Shown: one piece after another, positions 45,430 through 53,564 of the stretch
How the letters are laid out: the number at the start of each line of letters is the position of its first letter
Position numbering within the stretch: position 1 is the stretch's first letter
From: an uncultured delta proteobacterium
Lineage (GTDB): Bacteria; Myxococcota_A; UBA9160; SMWR01
NCBI GenBank assembly: GCA_963832165.1
Contig: CAWHTE010000001.1
Coordinates: 256,001 to 320,000, forward strand
Direction of reading: 5' to 3'
DNA length: 64,000 bases
Program-made: the position numbers and the translations under genes
The notes under the pieces: model-generated
Database searches by the model: none
What the model saw: the letters and a program-made list of their open reading frames with translations, nothing else
What the model was told of the DNA's origin: nothing

Positions 45430-47055
45430 ATGGATCCGAAACCCACCCTCGCCGACGCCCGACTGCTCTGCGCTGCGGCGGCGAGCCTGATCGAGCGCTC
45501 GCTCGAGCGCGCGCGTTCGATCACCGAGGCGGGCAAGCGGATCGACGACCATCAGGTGCTGACCGAGCGCGTGGCCTACGCGGCCACGCAAGCGCGCGCG
45601 GCCGCGGAGCTGACCCTTGCAGTGGCCGAGTCGGAGCGCGGCGGGATCGCCGAGGCGACCTGCGCGGCCGCGGTCGCCGAGCTCACGCGCAGCCTGATCG
45701 CGCGCCTCGAGCCCGCGCTCGACGATCTCGGCCTCGGCGATGCCGAGCTCGAGCGCGCGTTCCCGACCGAGACGCGCGCGGTCCTGCGCGCCGCCGGTCA
45801 CGAGTCGGTGTTGCGCGCGATCGGGCGCCACTGTGCCGAGACGCGCGGGCGCAACGACTGGCCGCTCGACGATCTGCACGAGCAGGTGCGGGCCGCCGTG
45901 CGCGAGTTCGGCGAGAAGGAGGTCGCTCCCGCGGCGGAGCGGATCCACCGCCACGACGAGCTCGTGCCCGAGTCGTTCATCCGCGGGATGGCCGAGCTCG
46001 GCTACTTCGGCCTCGCGATCCCGGAGCAGTACGGCGGCTCCGAGATGGGCAATCTCGCGATGATCCTCACCACCGAGGAGCTCTCTCGCGCGTCGCTCGC
46101 GGCCGCGGGCTCGTTGATCACGCGCCCCGAGATCCTCACGAAGGCCCTCGTGCAGGGGGGTACCGACGAGCAGAAGGCCCACTGGCTGCCCCAGATCGCC
46201 GCGGGCGAGATCATGGTGGGCATCTCGGTGACCGAGCCCGACATCGGCAGCGACGTCGCGGCCGCCAAGTGCCGCGCCGAGCGCCGCGGCGGCGACTGGG
46301 TAATCAACGGTCCGAAGGCCTGGTGCACGTTCGCGGGCCGCGCCGACGTGCTCGCGGTGCTCGCGCGCACCGATCCCGATCCGAGCCAGGGCGCGAAGGG
46401 CCTGTCGCTGTTCATCGTGCCGAAGGATCGTTTCGACGGACACGCGTTCGAGATGGTGCAGCCGGGCGGCGGCCGGCTGGTCGGCAAGGCCGACGCCACC
46501 CCGGGCTATCGCGGCATGCACTCGTTCACGCTGAACTTCGAGAACTACGTCGTTCCGGGCGACAATCTCGTGGGCGGCGAGCGCGGCATCGGCCGCGGCT
46601 TCTACCTCCAGATGGCCGGCTTCGCCGCGGGCCGGCTCCAGACCAGTGGCCGCGCGTGCGGGCTCGCCCAGGCCGCGCTCGAGAAGACCGCGGAGTACGT
46701 CGTGGACCGCATCCAGTTCGCGCGCCCGATCTCGGAGTTCCAGCTCACGCAGTACACGCTGGGCCGCATGACTGCGATGCTCGCCGCGTCGCGCGCGATC
46801 ACCTACGCGGCCGCGCGCGCGATGGACGGCGACGAGCGCGCCGCAGCTCCGCTCGCAGCGCAGGCCAAGCTGCTCGCGTGCGACATGGCGGTCGAGCTGA
46901 CCCAGCAGGGCCAGCTGCTACACGGCGGATGGGGATATGCCGAGGAATACCCGATCAGCCGCTACGTCGTGGATGCACAGGTGCTGCCGATCTTCGAGGG
47001 CGTGAAGCCGATCCTCGAGCTCAAGGTCGTGGGCCGGAGCCTGCTGGCGGACTAG
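45430..47055 (+). CDS. Acyl-CoA dehydrogenase family protein
   Basis: IPEQYGG, VTEPDIGSDVA, INGPKAW, GRLQT, HGGWGYAEEY, IFEG. Confidence 0.95.
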   Translation: MDPKPTLADARLLCAAAASLIERSLERARSITEAGKRIDDHQVLTERVAYAATQARAAAELTLAVAESERGGIAEATCAAAVAELTRSLIARLEPALDDLGLGDAELERAFPTETRAVLRAAGHESVLRAIGRHCAETRGRNDWPLDDLHEQVRAAVREFGEKEVAPAAERIHRHDELVPESFIRGMAELGYFGLAIPEQYGGSEMGNLAMILTTEELSRASLAAAGSLITRPEILTKALVQGGTDEQKAHWLPQIAAGEIMVGISVTEPDIGSDVAAAKCRAERRGGDWVINGPKAWCTFAGRADVLAVLARTDPDPSQGAKGLSLFIVPKDRFDGHAFEMVQPGGGRLVGKADATPGYRGMHSFTLNFENYVVPGDNLVGGERGIGRGFYLQMAGFAAGRLQTSGRACGLAQAALEKTAEYVVDRIQFARPISEFQLTQYTLGRMTAMLAASRAITYAAARAMDGDERAAAPLAAQAKLLACDMAVELTQQGQLLHGGWGYAEEYPISRYVVDAQVLPIFEGVKPILELKVVGRSLLAD

Positions 47056-47077
47056 CACCAGCCGACGGCGGCGCGAG

Positions 47078-47344
47078 CTAGGCGGGCGGATTCTGCCGGT
47101 CGCGCGCGCGCACTTCGCGGATCGATTGGACCGTGAAGTAGATGCCGAGTGCCACGAGGATCCCGAAGCCCCAGCGGTTGAAGGCGACGTGCTCGAGCAT
47201 CTCGGGATCCTGGTTGATCCAGCCGTCGTAGCCGAACCAGAAGGCGAGCCCCCAGAGCAGCACGGGAAGGAACGCCGGGTGATCGAACGGACTCGAGGCG
47301 TCCTCGTCGTCCGCGCCTTCGGGTTCCTTCTCGAGCTCCGCCAT
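47078..47344 (-). CDS. Small two-TM hypothetical membrane protein
   Basis: 88-aa ORF MAELEKEPE... with hydrophobic segments FLPVLLWGLAFWFGY and WGFGILVALGIYF. Confidence 0.65.
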   Translation of the reverse strand: MAELEKEPEGADDEDASSPFDHPAFLPVLLWGLAFWFGYDGWINQDPEMLEHVAFNRWGFGILVALGIYFTVQSIREVRARDRQNPPA

Positions 47345-47379
47345 CGCGCGCGAAGCTAGCGTAGGCGCCGTTCCAGTGG

Positions 47380-48687
47380 CTAGGCGCCGCCCTCGGTCAG
47401 GAACAGCTCGAGCACGTCGATCATCGGCGCGACGTCGGCCGCGCCCGCCATCTCGCGGCACGAGTGCATCGAGAGCATCGGATTCCCCACGTCGACCGTG
47501 GGTATTCCGACGCGAGCGGCGCTGATCGGGCCGATCGTGGATCCGCAGCCGATGTCGCTGCGCGACACGAAATACTGCGGCGTCACACCCGCGCGCGCAC
47601 ACAGCTCCGCGAACATTCCCGCGGTGCGCGCATCGCTCGCGTACGACTGACCCGCGTTGTGCTTGATCACGGGGCCGGCTCCGATCTGCGGGCGATGCGC
47701 GGCGTCGTGCTTGTCGGCGAAGCTCGGGTGCACGGCGTGGGCCATGTCCGCGGAAACGAGCGCGCTGCGCGCGAGCGCACGCGGCAGCGCATCGCGGCCC
47801 GCGTCCTTCGCGCCGGTCGCGATCCGTTCGAGCGTCTCGCCGAGCAGCGGGCCGAGGGCGCCGCTCGCGCTTCGGCTTCCCACCTCCTCGTGGTCGAAGA
47901 ACACGACTCCGCGCGTCGCGGCACCGGGGCCCCTGCGCGAAACGCGCACGAGCGCGTCGAGCGCGGCGTGACACGAGGCGAGGTTGTCGATGCGCGAGGC
48001 CTGCACGAACTCGCCGCGCGCACCGGCCACCACCGCGGGCTGCGTGTCGTAGGCCATCAGGTCGAAGCTCAGCACGTCCTCGGCGCGGCTCGCGACGCCG
48101 CGCGCGCGCAGCTCCTGCGCGAGCAGCTCCGGCAGCGGCGGGGTGCCTTCGAGGCCGAGCACCGGGACCACGTGCGTCTGAGGGTTCAGCCGCAGGCCCT
48201 CGGTCGAGATCTCGCGCTGGAGGTGGATCGCGAGGTTGGGGATCCGCAGCAGCGGGCGCTCGAAGTCGACCAGCACGCAGCGCGTGCCGTCGGGAGTGCG
48301 CAACACCGCGCGCCCCGCGAGCGAGAGATCGCGGTCGAGCCAGGTGTGGAGCAGGACGCCGCCGTAGATCTCGACGCCGAGCCGGCGGTACCCGTGCGAC
48401 GTGTCGTCGGGTCGCGGGCGCAGGCGCAGATTCGGCGAGTCGGTATGGGCGCCGATCCAGCGGAAGCCGGTCTCGGCCACCGCGAGCTGGCCGATCTCGA
48501 ACGCGGCCAGGCTTCCCTCGCCGCGCACGCAATAGCGCCGGTCGCCCGCACCGAGCTCCCAGGCGTCTCCGGCGTCGAGCGGCCGGAAGCCCGCGGCCTC
48601 GAGCCGTCGCACGCACTCGGCAACCGCGTGATAGGGCGTGGGCGAGCGGTCCAGGAACGAGAGCAGGTCGGCGACGACGTCCGTCAT
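47380..48687 (-). CDS. M18 family aspartyl aminopeptidase
   Basis: SPTPYHAV, GAHTDSP, WLDRDLS, RIDNL, DHEEVGS, SADMAHA, GSTIGP, LSMHSCRE. Confidence 0.95.
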   Translation of the reverse strand: MTDVVADLLSFLDRSPTPYHAVAECVRRLEAAGFRPLDAGDAWELGAGDRRYCVRGEGSLAAFEIGQLAVAETGFRWIGAHTDSPNLRLRPRPDDTSHGYRRLGVEIYGGVLLHTWLDRDLSLAGRAVLRTPDGTRCVLVDFERPLLRIPNLAIHLQREISTEGLRLNPQTHVVPVLGLEGTPPLPELLAQELRARGVASRAEDVLSFDLMAYDTQPAVVAGARGEFVQASRIDNLASCHAALDALVRVSRRGPGAATRGVVFFDHEEVGSRSASGALGPLLGETLERIATGAKDAGRDALPRALARSALVSADMAHAVHPSFADKHDAAHRPQIGAGPVIKHNAGQSYASDARTAGMFAELCARAGVTPQYFVSRSDIGCGSTIGPISAARVGIPTVDVGNPMLSMHSCREMAGAADVAPMIDVLELFLTEGGA

Positions 48688-48696
48688 GGCGACATT

Positions 48697-50157
48697 CTAC
48701 GGCGCGCCGCGCGTGGCGCGCAGCGCGAAGTCCTCCTCGGGCGACTTCACGAGCCGGTGCCGGCCCCAGATCGCGAAGTAGGCGAGGCCGAGCGCATACC
48801 AGAGCGCTGCCCCGATCGCGACGCGCCGATACACCGGGTCGCCCGCGAACAGCGACGCGAGCGTCACGAGCGAGATCGCGAGCGCGATCACGGCACCCGG
48901 CACGCCGAGCGGACTGCGATAGGGGCGCGCGATCTCCGGCATGCGGAGGCGCAACAGCACGAACGAGAGCATCTGCAGCGCGTAGGAGATCACCGCGCCG
49001 AACACGGCCAGGTTCAAGAGCACCGCGCCGACCGGATGCGTCGGGCCGAGCCAGTGCACAGCGAGCGCCACGGCATAACCGATCACCGCGCCGATCCAGA
49101 GCGCGCGATGCGGCGTCTGGCGGCGGCTGTGCGTCACGGAGAGCCAGCGCGGGAAGTAGCCGGCTCGCGACATCGAGTAGATCTGGCGGCCGTATGCGAA
49201 CACGATCGTGTGGAAGCTCGCGACCAGACCCGCCACCGCGACCAGTGCGAGCGCGCGCGTTCCGATCCCGTCGCCGAAGATCGCGCGCAGACTCTCGAAC
49301 AGCGGCTCGTCGCTGCGCCCGAGCGCCTCGACGCCGGGCGGGAGGCCCACCGACAAGACGAGCGTCAGGAACGAGCAGGCGATCAGCGTGAGCAGACCGA
49401 GCACGATTCCGCGCGGCAGATCGCGCCCCGGCATCCGCGCCTCCTCGGCCGCGAGCGGGAGCTGCTCGATCGCGAGGTAGAACCAGATCGCGAACGGGAG
49501 CGCCGCGAACACCCCGCGCGCGCCGTTCGGGAGCCACGGCGCGTCGCCGGGCATGCGCGCGTTCGCGAGATCGAAGTGCGGAATCGCAGCGGCGTAGAAC
49601 ACCGCGAGGATCGCGAGCGCCACCGCGGTGATGACGACCGTGAAGCGGAACGTCGCCTCGACGCCGGCGATGTTGAGCCCGACGAACAGCGCGTAGGTCG
49701 CGAGCCAGAACCACGGCTCGCTGCTCGCGGGAGCGCCCGTGATCGCGCCGAGATAACCGCCGATCCCCACCACGATCACGGAGGGTGTGAGGATGTACTC
49801 CATGTTCTCGGCGAGCCCGGTCACGTAGGCGCCCCAGGGCCCCATGGCCGAGCGCGCGAAGGAGTAGGCACCGCCCGTGTGCGGCAGCGCGGCGGTCATC
49901 TCCGCGATGCTGAAGCAGAGCCCCGCGTACAGCGCGGTGATCGCGATCGTGGCGATCGCGAGCCCGCCGAAGCCGCCCGCCTGGAGGCCGAAGTTCCAGC
50001 CGAAGAAATCGCCCGAGATGACGGCACCGACCCCGAGCGCCCAGAGAGACCCCACACCGGCGTAGCGCCGCAGCCCGCGGGCCTCGAAGTAGGCCGCTCC
50101 GACCTCGTCGTAAGCGACACCCGAGACCCGCTCTCGTTCGCCGTTCGCGTCGGGCAC
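48697..50157 (-). CDS. APC-family permease, ethanolamine-permease-like
   Basis: LWALGVGAVISGDFFGWNFG, PHTGGAYSFAR, PFAIWFYLAIE, many TM helices. Confidence 0.9.
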   Translation of the reverse strand: MPDANGERERVSGVAYDEVGAAYFEARGLRRYAGVGSLWALGVGAVISGDFFGWNFGLQAGGFGGLAIATIAITALYAGLCFSIAEMTAALPHTGGAYSFARSAMGPWGAYVTGLAENMEYILTPSVIVVGIGGYLGAITGAPASSEPWFWLATYALFVGLNIAGVEATFRFTVVITAVALAILAVFYAAAIPHFDLANARMPGDAPWLPNGARGVFAALPFAIWFYLAIEQLPLAAEEARMPGRDLPRGIVLGLLTLIACSFLTLVLSVGLPPGVEALGRSDEPLFESLRAIFGDGIGTRALALVAVAGLVASFHTIVFAYGRQIYSMSRAGYFPRWLSVTHSRRQTPHRALWIGAVIGYAVALAVHWLGPTHPVGAVLLNLAVFGAVISYALQMLSFVLLRLRMPEIARPYRSPLGVPGAVIALAISLVTLASLFAGDPVYRRVAIGAALWYALGLAYFAIWGRHRLVKSPEEDFALRATRGAP

Positions 50158-50253
50158 GCGCCCCCCAGCACGCGATTGTGCGGCCGCGCGCACGCTGCGG
50201 CCAGCCGCTCGAGCCGCAGCCGGCGCGCTGCGCCGGTATGCTCCCCCTCCGTC

Positions 50254-51906
50254 TTGAGCACAGACCAACCCGGCGACGCGGCAGCGATCACGAACGCGGG
50301 GCAGCCGCTCGCGCGCCGCGCGCGCACGGCGAAGCGGCCCGACGCGCGTCTGTCGCTCGCGCTCGCGGCGTGTCTGCTGCTCGCGGGCATCGCGTGCCGG
50401 GAGCTCTTGCGGTACTCGCCGCCGACCCCGGCTCCGCTGTCTGCCGCGGGCGAGGTCGAAGAGTGGTTCTTCGAGCCCTCCGATTCGTCCCCGATCGTGG
50501 TCCTGGTCCTGTGCGGGTGGTTGCTGTGGCGGCGGCGCGGTCGGCTCGCCGCGCTCTGGGGGCGCCAGGCGGGGTGGGGCCTCACCGCGGGCCCGTGGCT
50601 GGCCGCGCTCGCGATCTTTGGCTGGGCGGTGCGAGCGAATGTGCCCGAGCTCGAGGCGGTCGCGTTGATCCCGGTGCTGCTCGGCGCCGCGAACCTGCTC
50701 GGGGGTACGGCCGCGCTGCGCGTGGTGGCAGTTCCCGCCGCGGTGCTGTTGTTCGCGGTGCCGATTCCCGCGCCGCTGATCAACCAGATCCTCTGGGCGC
50801 TCCAGATCTGGACCGCGGACTTCACGGGGTTCCTGCTGGAGCTGCTGCGCTTCCCGGTGATCGTGTCCGGCGATCGCATCATCATGCGCGACGGGCTGTT
50901 CGCGATCATCGAGACGTGCAGCGGACTGCGCTCGATCGAGACGCTCGCGCTCCTGTCGATCCTCATGGTCGATCTGTTCGGAAGGCGCGGCGCCCACGCG
51001 CTGTTCCTGCTGCTGGTCTCTCCGGCCGTCGCGTTCCTGATCAACGGATTGCGCTGTCTCGGGCTGATCTTCAACCCGCACGCCGACGTCGCGAGCATCC
51101 ACAACCTCCAGGGAATTGCGATGCTGCTCGGCGGGGTGCTCCTGCTCTACTTCATCGACGGGCTGCTCGAGCGGTTCGGCTCGCCGCCCGAGGCGATCTC
51201 CGGGCTCGAACGACGCGCGCGCAGCGACGCAGCGCCGCGCGTCGCGCTGGCGCCGCGCGTCGCCGTGTTGGTCGGCTTCAGCGCGGTGCTCGTCGCGATC
51301 TCCTGCCTGCCCCGGTTCGCGGCGCCGGCGTTCGCCGTGCACGCGCCCGCGAGCGCCGTCGAGCGCACGCTCGACGGATGGGAGGGAGCGGAACAGGCGA
51401 CCGACTGGATGTTCCTGGGCAAGACCGGATTCGGTCAGATCATGCACCGTCGGTACACGAACGGATACGAAGCGGTCGACGCGTTCATCGGCCAGGCCGG
51501 TCCGAGCGCGCGCGTGCGCAGCTATCTGTCGCCCAAGGTCGGCTATCCCGGCAGCGGCTGGATCTCGGAGCGCGAAGAGATCGCGCGGATCGCGGGTCGC
51601 GATGCGCTGCTGCGCGTGATGCGAAAAGGCGCCTCGCGTCTGCTCGTGGCGACGTGGTTCGAGGCGTCTCCAGGCCTCGCGGTGGAGAGCGCGCGCGCGC
51701 TGCTCGGACTCGACTCGAGTCCGTTTTCGCGCTCGCGCATCCCGCTCGCGGTGCGCCTCTCCACGCCGCTCCAGGGCGCTCACGAGCGGGCGATCGACGT
51801 GAGCCGAGAGCGGCTCAGGCGGTTCGCCGAGCACCTGTCGCCCTCCCTGCAGTTGCTTTCCTCCCCGGGGGATTCCAACCTATCTGGGAAACCCTTTTCT
51901 CAATAG
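50254..51906 (+). CDS. Exosortase fused to an EpsI-like C-terminal domain (start uncertain)
   Basis: Multi-TM body with catalytic-triad motifs ETCSGLRS (Cys), INGLR (Arg) and IHNLQG (His). Soluble C-terminal domain carries PKVGYPGSGW. Confidence 0.88.
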   Translation: MSTDQPGDAAAITNAGQPLARRARTAKRPDARLSLALAACLLLAGIACRELLRYSPPTPAPLSAAGEVEEWFFEPSDSSPIVVLVLCGWLLWRRRGRLAALWGRQAGWGLTAGPWLAALAIFGWAVRANVPELEAVALIPVLLGAANLLGGTAALRVVAVPAAVLLFAVPIPAPLINQILWALQIWTADFTGFLLELLRFPVIVSGDRIIMRDGLFAIIETCSGLRSIETLALLSILMVDLFGRRGAHALFLLLVSPAVAFLINGLRCLGLIFNPHADVASIHNLQGIAMLLGGVLLLYFIDGLLERFGSPPEAISGLERRARSDAAPRVALAPRVAVLVGFSAVLVAISCLPRFAAPAFAVHAPASAVERTLDGWEGAEQATDWMFLGKTGFGQIMHRRYTNGYEAVDAFIGQAGPSARVRSYLSPKVGYPGSGWISEREEIARIAGRDALLRVMRKGASRLLVATWFEASPGLAVESARALLGLDSSPFSRSRIPLAVRLSTPLQGAHERAIDVSRERLRRFAEHLSPSLQLLSSPGDSNLSGKPFSQ

Positions 51907-51968
51907 AGCCGAAATTGGGAATCCCCGTTCTCCATGTCGTGTCGTTGGGACGGTAAACATTCTAGTAA

Positions 51969-51981
51969 AATCAATAGTTTA
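51969..51981 (+). promoter_or_regulatory. IHF binding site
   Basis: AATCAATAGTTTA matches WATCAANNNNTTR exactly, in an AT-rich patch just upstream of a sigma54 motif. Confidence 0.65.
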
Positions 51982-51997
51982 GGTCTTCGTCACCGGC

Positions 51998-52013
51998 AGG
52001 CATGTCGATTGCA
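51998..52013 (+). promoter_or_regulatory. sigma54 (-24/-12) promoter
   Basis: AGGCATGTCGATTGCA (GG-N10-GC), upstream of the dockerin-like and PEP-CTERM genes. Confidence 0.65.
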
Positions 52014-52235
52014 GATCAAACTGCGCAACAAAGTACGAGTGGGCACCACTCACTCGTGCCGACACAGAAGAGCGGAGGATCTGAGGCAGAGCACTCGAGT
52101 AGATGATGCGGCGGTAATTCCCGAGGGGGAGCCGAGTCGGGTGCAAAACCACAGAGATCCGCAAAGGTTCCGCTAGACACTTTCCCCCGATTCTGGCCTA
52201 ATGCCGAATACGTGTAACACCGAGGAGTAACCAGA

Positions 52236-52682
52236 ATGAAGGTCGGCGTACTGGCAACGATGGTTTTGGCAATTTCGATCGGATACCCGGTCGCGTCCTT
52301 TGCTGGGCTCGCTCCCGACGCGGACAGCGACGGTATTCCGGACGTTCTCGACAAGTGCACGATCGACTCGCGCAATGCGACCGCCGTTCCGGGCGGGACG
52401 TGCGATACGGACGTGGACGGTTACGGCAATCCGTGCGATGGAGACTTCAACCAGAACAACCTGGTCCAGGCGGATGACTTCAGCATGTTCTTCATCCCCG
52501 CGTTCAAGGGTGTAGACAAGGCACCCTGGCCCGAGGGCATGGACATGAATTGTAACAACCTGATGCAGGCGGATGACTTCAGCATGTACTTCATCCCGAA
52601 GTTCAAGAACGTTCCCGCGTTCGGCGGCGCCAAGCCGGGTCCGTCCGGTCTGTCCTGCGCCGGCACGCCGGGCTGCAGCTAG
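52236..52682 (+). CDS. Secreted small protein with TSP3-like Ca-binding motifs and a dockerin-like duplicated loop-helix
   Basis: GAGGAG RBS, signal peptide, DADSDGIPDVLDKC, DTDVDGYGNPCD; two 33-aa-spaced repeats DFNQNNLVQADDF / DMNCNNLMQADDF; six Cys. Confidence 0.8.
   Translation: MKVGVLATMVLAISIGYPVASFAGLAPDADSDGIPDVLDKCTIDSRNATAVPGGTCDTDVDGYGNPCDGDFNQNNLVQADDFSMFFIPAFKGVDKAPWPEGMDMNCNNLMQADDFSMYFIPKFKNVPAFGGAKPGPSGLSCAGTPGCS
52455..52598 (+). repeat. Intragenic direct repeat (45-bp unit, 99-bp period) encoding the two dockerin-like halves
   Basis: aacaacctggtccaggcggatgacttcagcatgttcttcatcccc vs aacaacctgatgcaggcggatgacttcagcatgtacttcatcccg. Confidence 0.9.
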
Positions 52683-52798
52683 GAAGAGTTTCTCGGAGTT
52701 TTTGATCTGAGTTTTTGTTTGACCCAACCAATCGGAATGCACCGTCGGGCCTGACTCGGCAGGCTGCAAATAGCAGAAGGACAAGAGGAGATAGGATC

Positions 52799-53323
52799 AT
52801 GAAGCGGACTTTGTTTGTTATCGCAGTCGTGCTCGGGTTCGCGACGGCGGCGAGCGCGGCAACGCTCACCGTCGTATCGGACAAGGCGGAGTACCTCGTC
52901 GGTGAGACGATCACGCTGACGGTCAGCGGCGATCCTACGGGCGTCACGACCTACGGCATCCTTGGGGAGCTCACCTACGCAGCGGGTCTGACCAACTTCG
53001 CGAGCCAGACCCAGAGGACGGACGCGCAGTACGGCGCGGGTTGGTTTGGCGGAGCGCTGACCAATGGCGACGGCGCCGCGGTTGCGTTCAATGCGGGCGC
53101 CTTCCCGGCGTCGACGACGAGCGCGGGCACGTTCTCGACGATCACGTTGCTCGCCGAGGCGGTCGGTATCGTAAACGTGGGCTGGGCCTCGAACCTGGAC
53201 TTCTTCGGCCTCACCACGGCTCCCGGCACCTCGTTCTCGATCGTGGTTCCGGAGCCGACGACCGCGGCCCTTCTGGGCCTCGGCCTGATCGGTCTCGCGC
53301 TGGGCGGTCGACGCCGCTCGTAG
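52799..53323 (+). CDS. PEP-CTERM protein with a single cohesin-like beta-sandwich domain
   Basis: Signal peptide ending ASA; C-terminal VPEPTTAALLGLGLIGLALGGRRRS. Mature part is beta-strand rich (VGETITLTV, GILGELTY, GTFSTITL). The PEP-CTERM call is clear; the cohesin call is an inference. Confidence 0.88.
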   Translation: MKRTLFVIAVVLGFATAASAATLTVVSDKAEYLVGETITLTVSGDPTGVTTYGILGELTYAAGLTNFASQTQRTDAQYGAGWFGGALTNGDGAAVAFNAGAFPASTTSAGTFSTITLLAEAVGIVNVGWASNLDFFGLTTAPGTSFSIVVPEPTTAALLGLGLIGLALGGRRRS

Positions 53324-53367
53324 AGGCGTGACTCGCAGGTTGCCGCTCCGCGGCGACCGCTAGAAAC

Positions 53368-53407
53368 AAAAAGCGCCCCGGGTCTTCACCCGGGGCGCTT
53401 TTCTTTT
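53368..53407 (+). terminator. Intrinsic terminator, probably bidirectional
   Basis: AAAAAGCGCCCCGGGT-CTTC-ACCCGGGGCGCTTTTCTTTT. Confidence 0.92.
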
Positions 53408-53564
53408 GTGCTCGGCTCGCCGAGAGCAAGGACCCGCAGCAGGCAAGCCCCGAATCCACGCTCCCCGTGACGCGCCTCACGAAAAACGCGTACGGCCCGG
53501 GTGACCCCGATCACCCGGCTCCGGCGGAGACGCACCGAAATGCCAGAAGGCTTCGGGGGGCCTT

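Noticed and set aside
48697..50157. Ethanolamine utilisation locus
   Set aside because: Only the permease is present, with no eutBC. The substrate cannot be assigned from sequence.
52455..52598. CRISPR-like direct repeats
   Set aside because: Only two copies, in frame within a coding sequence, and no cas genes.
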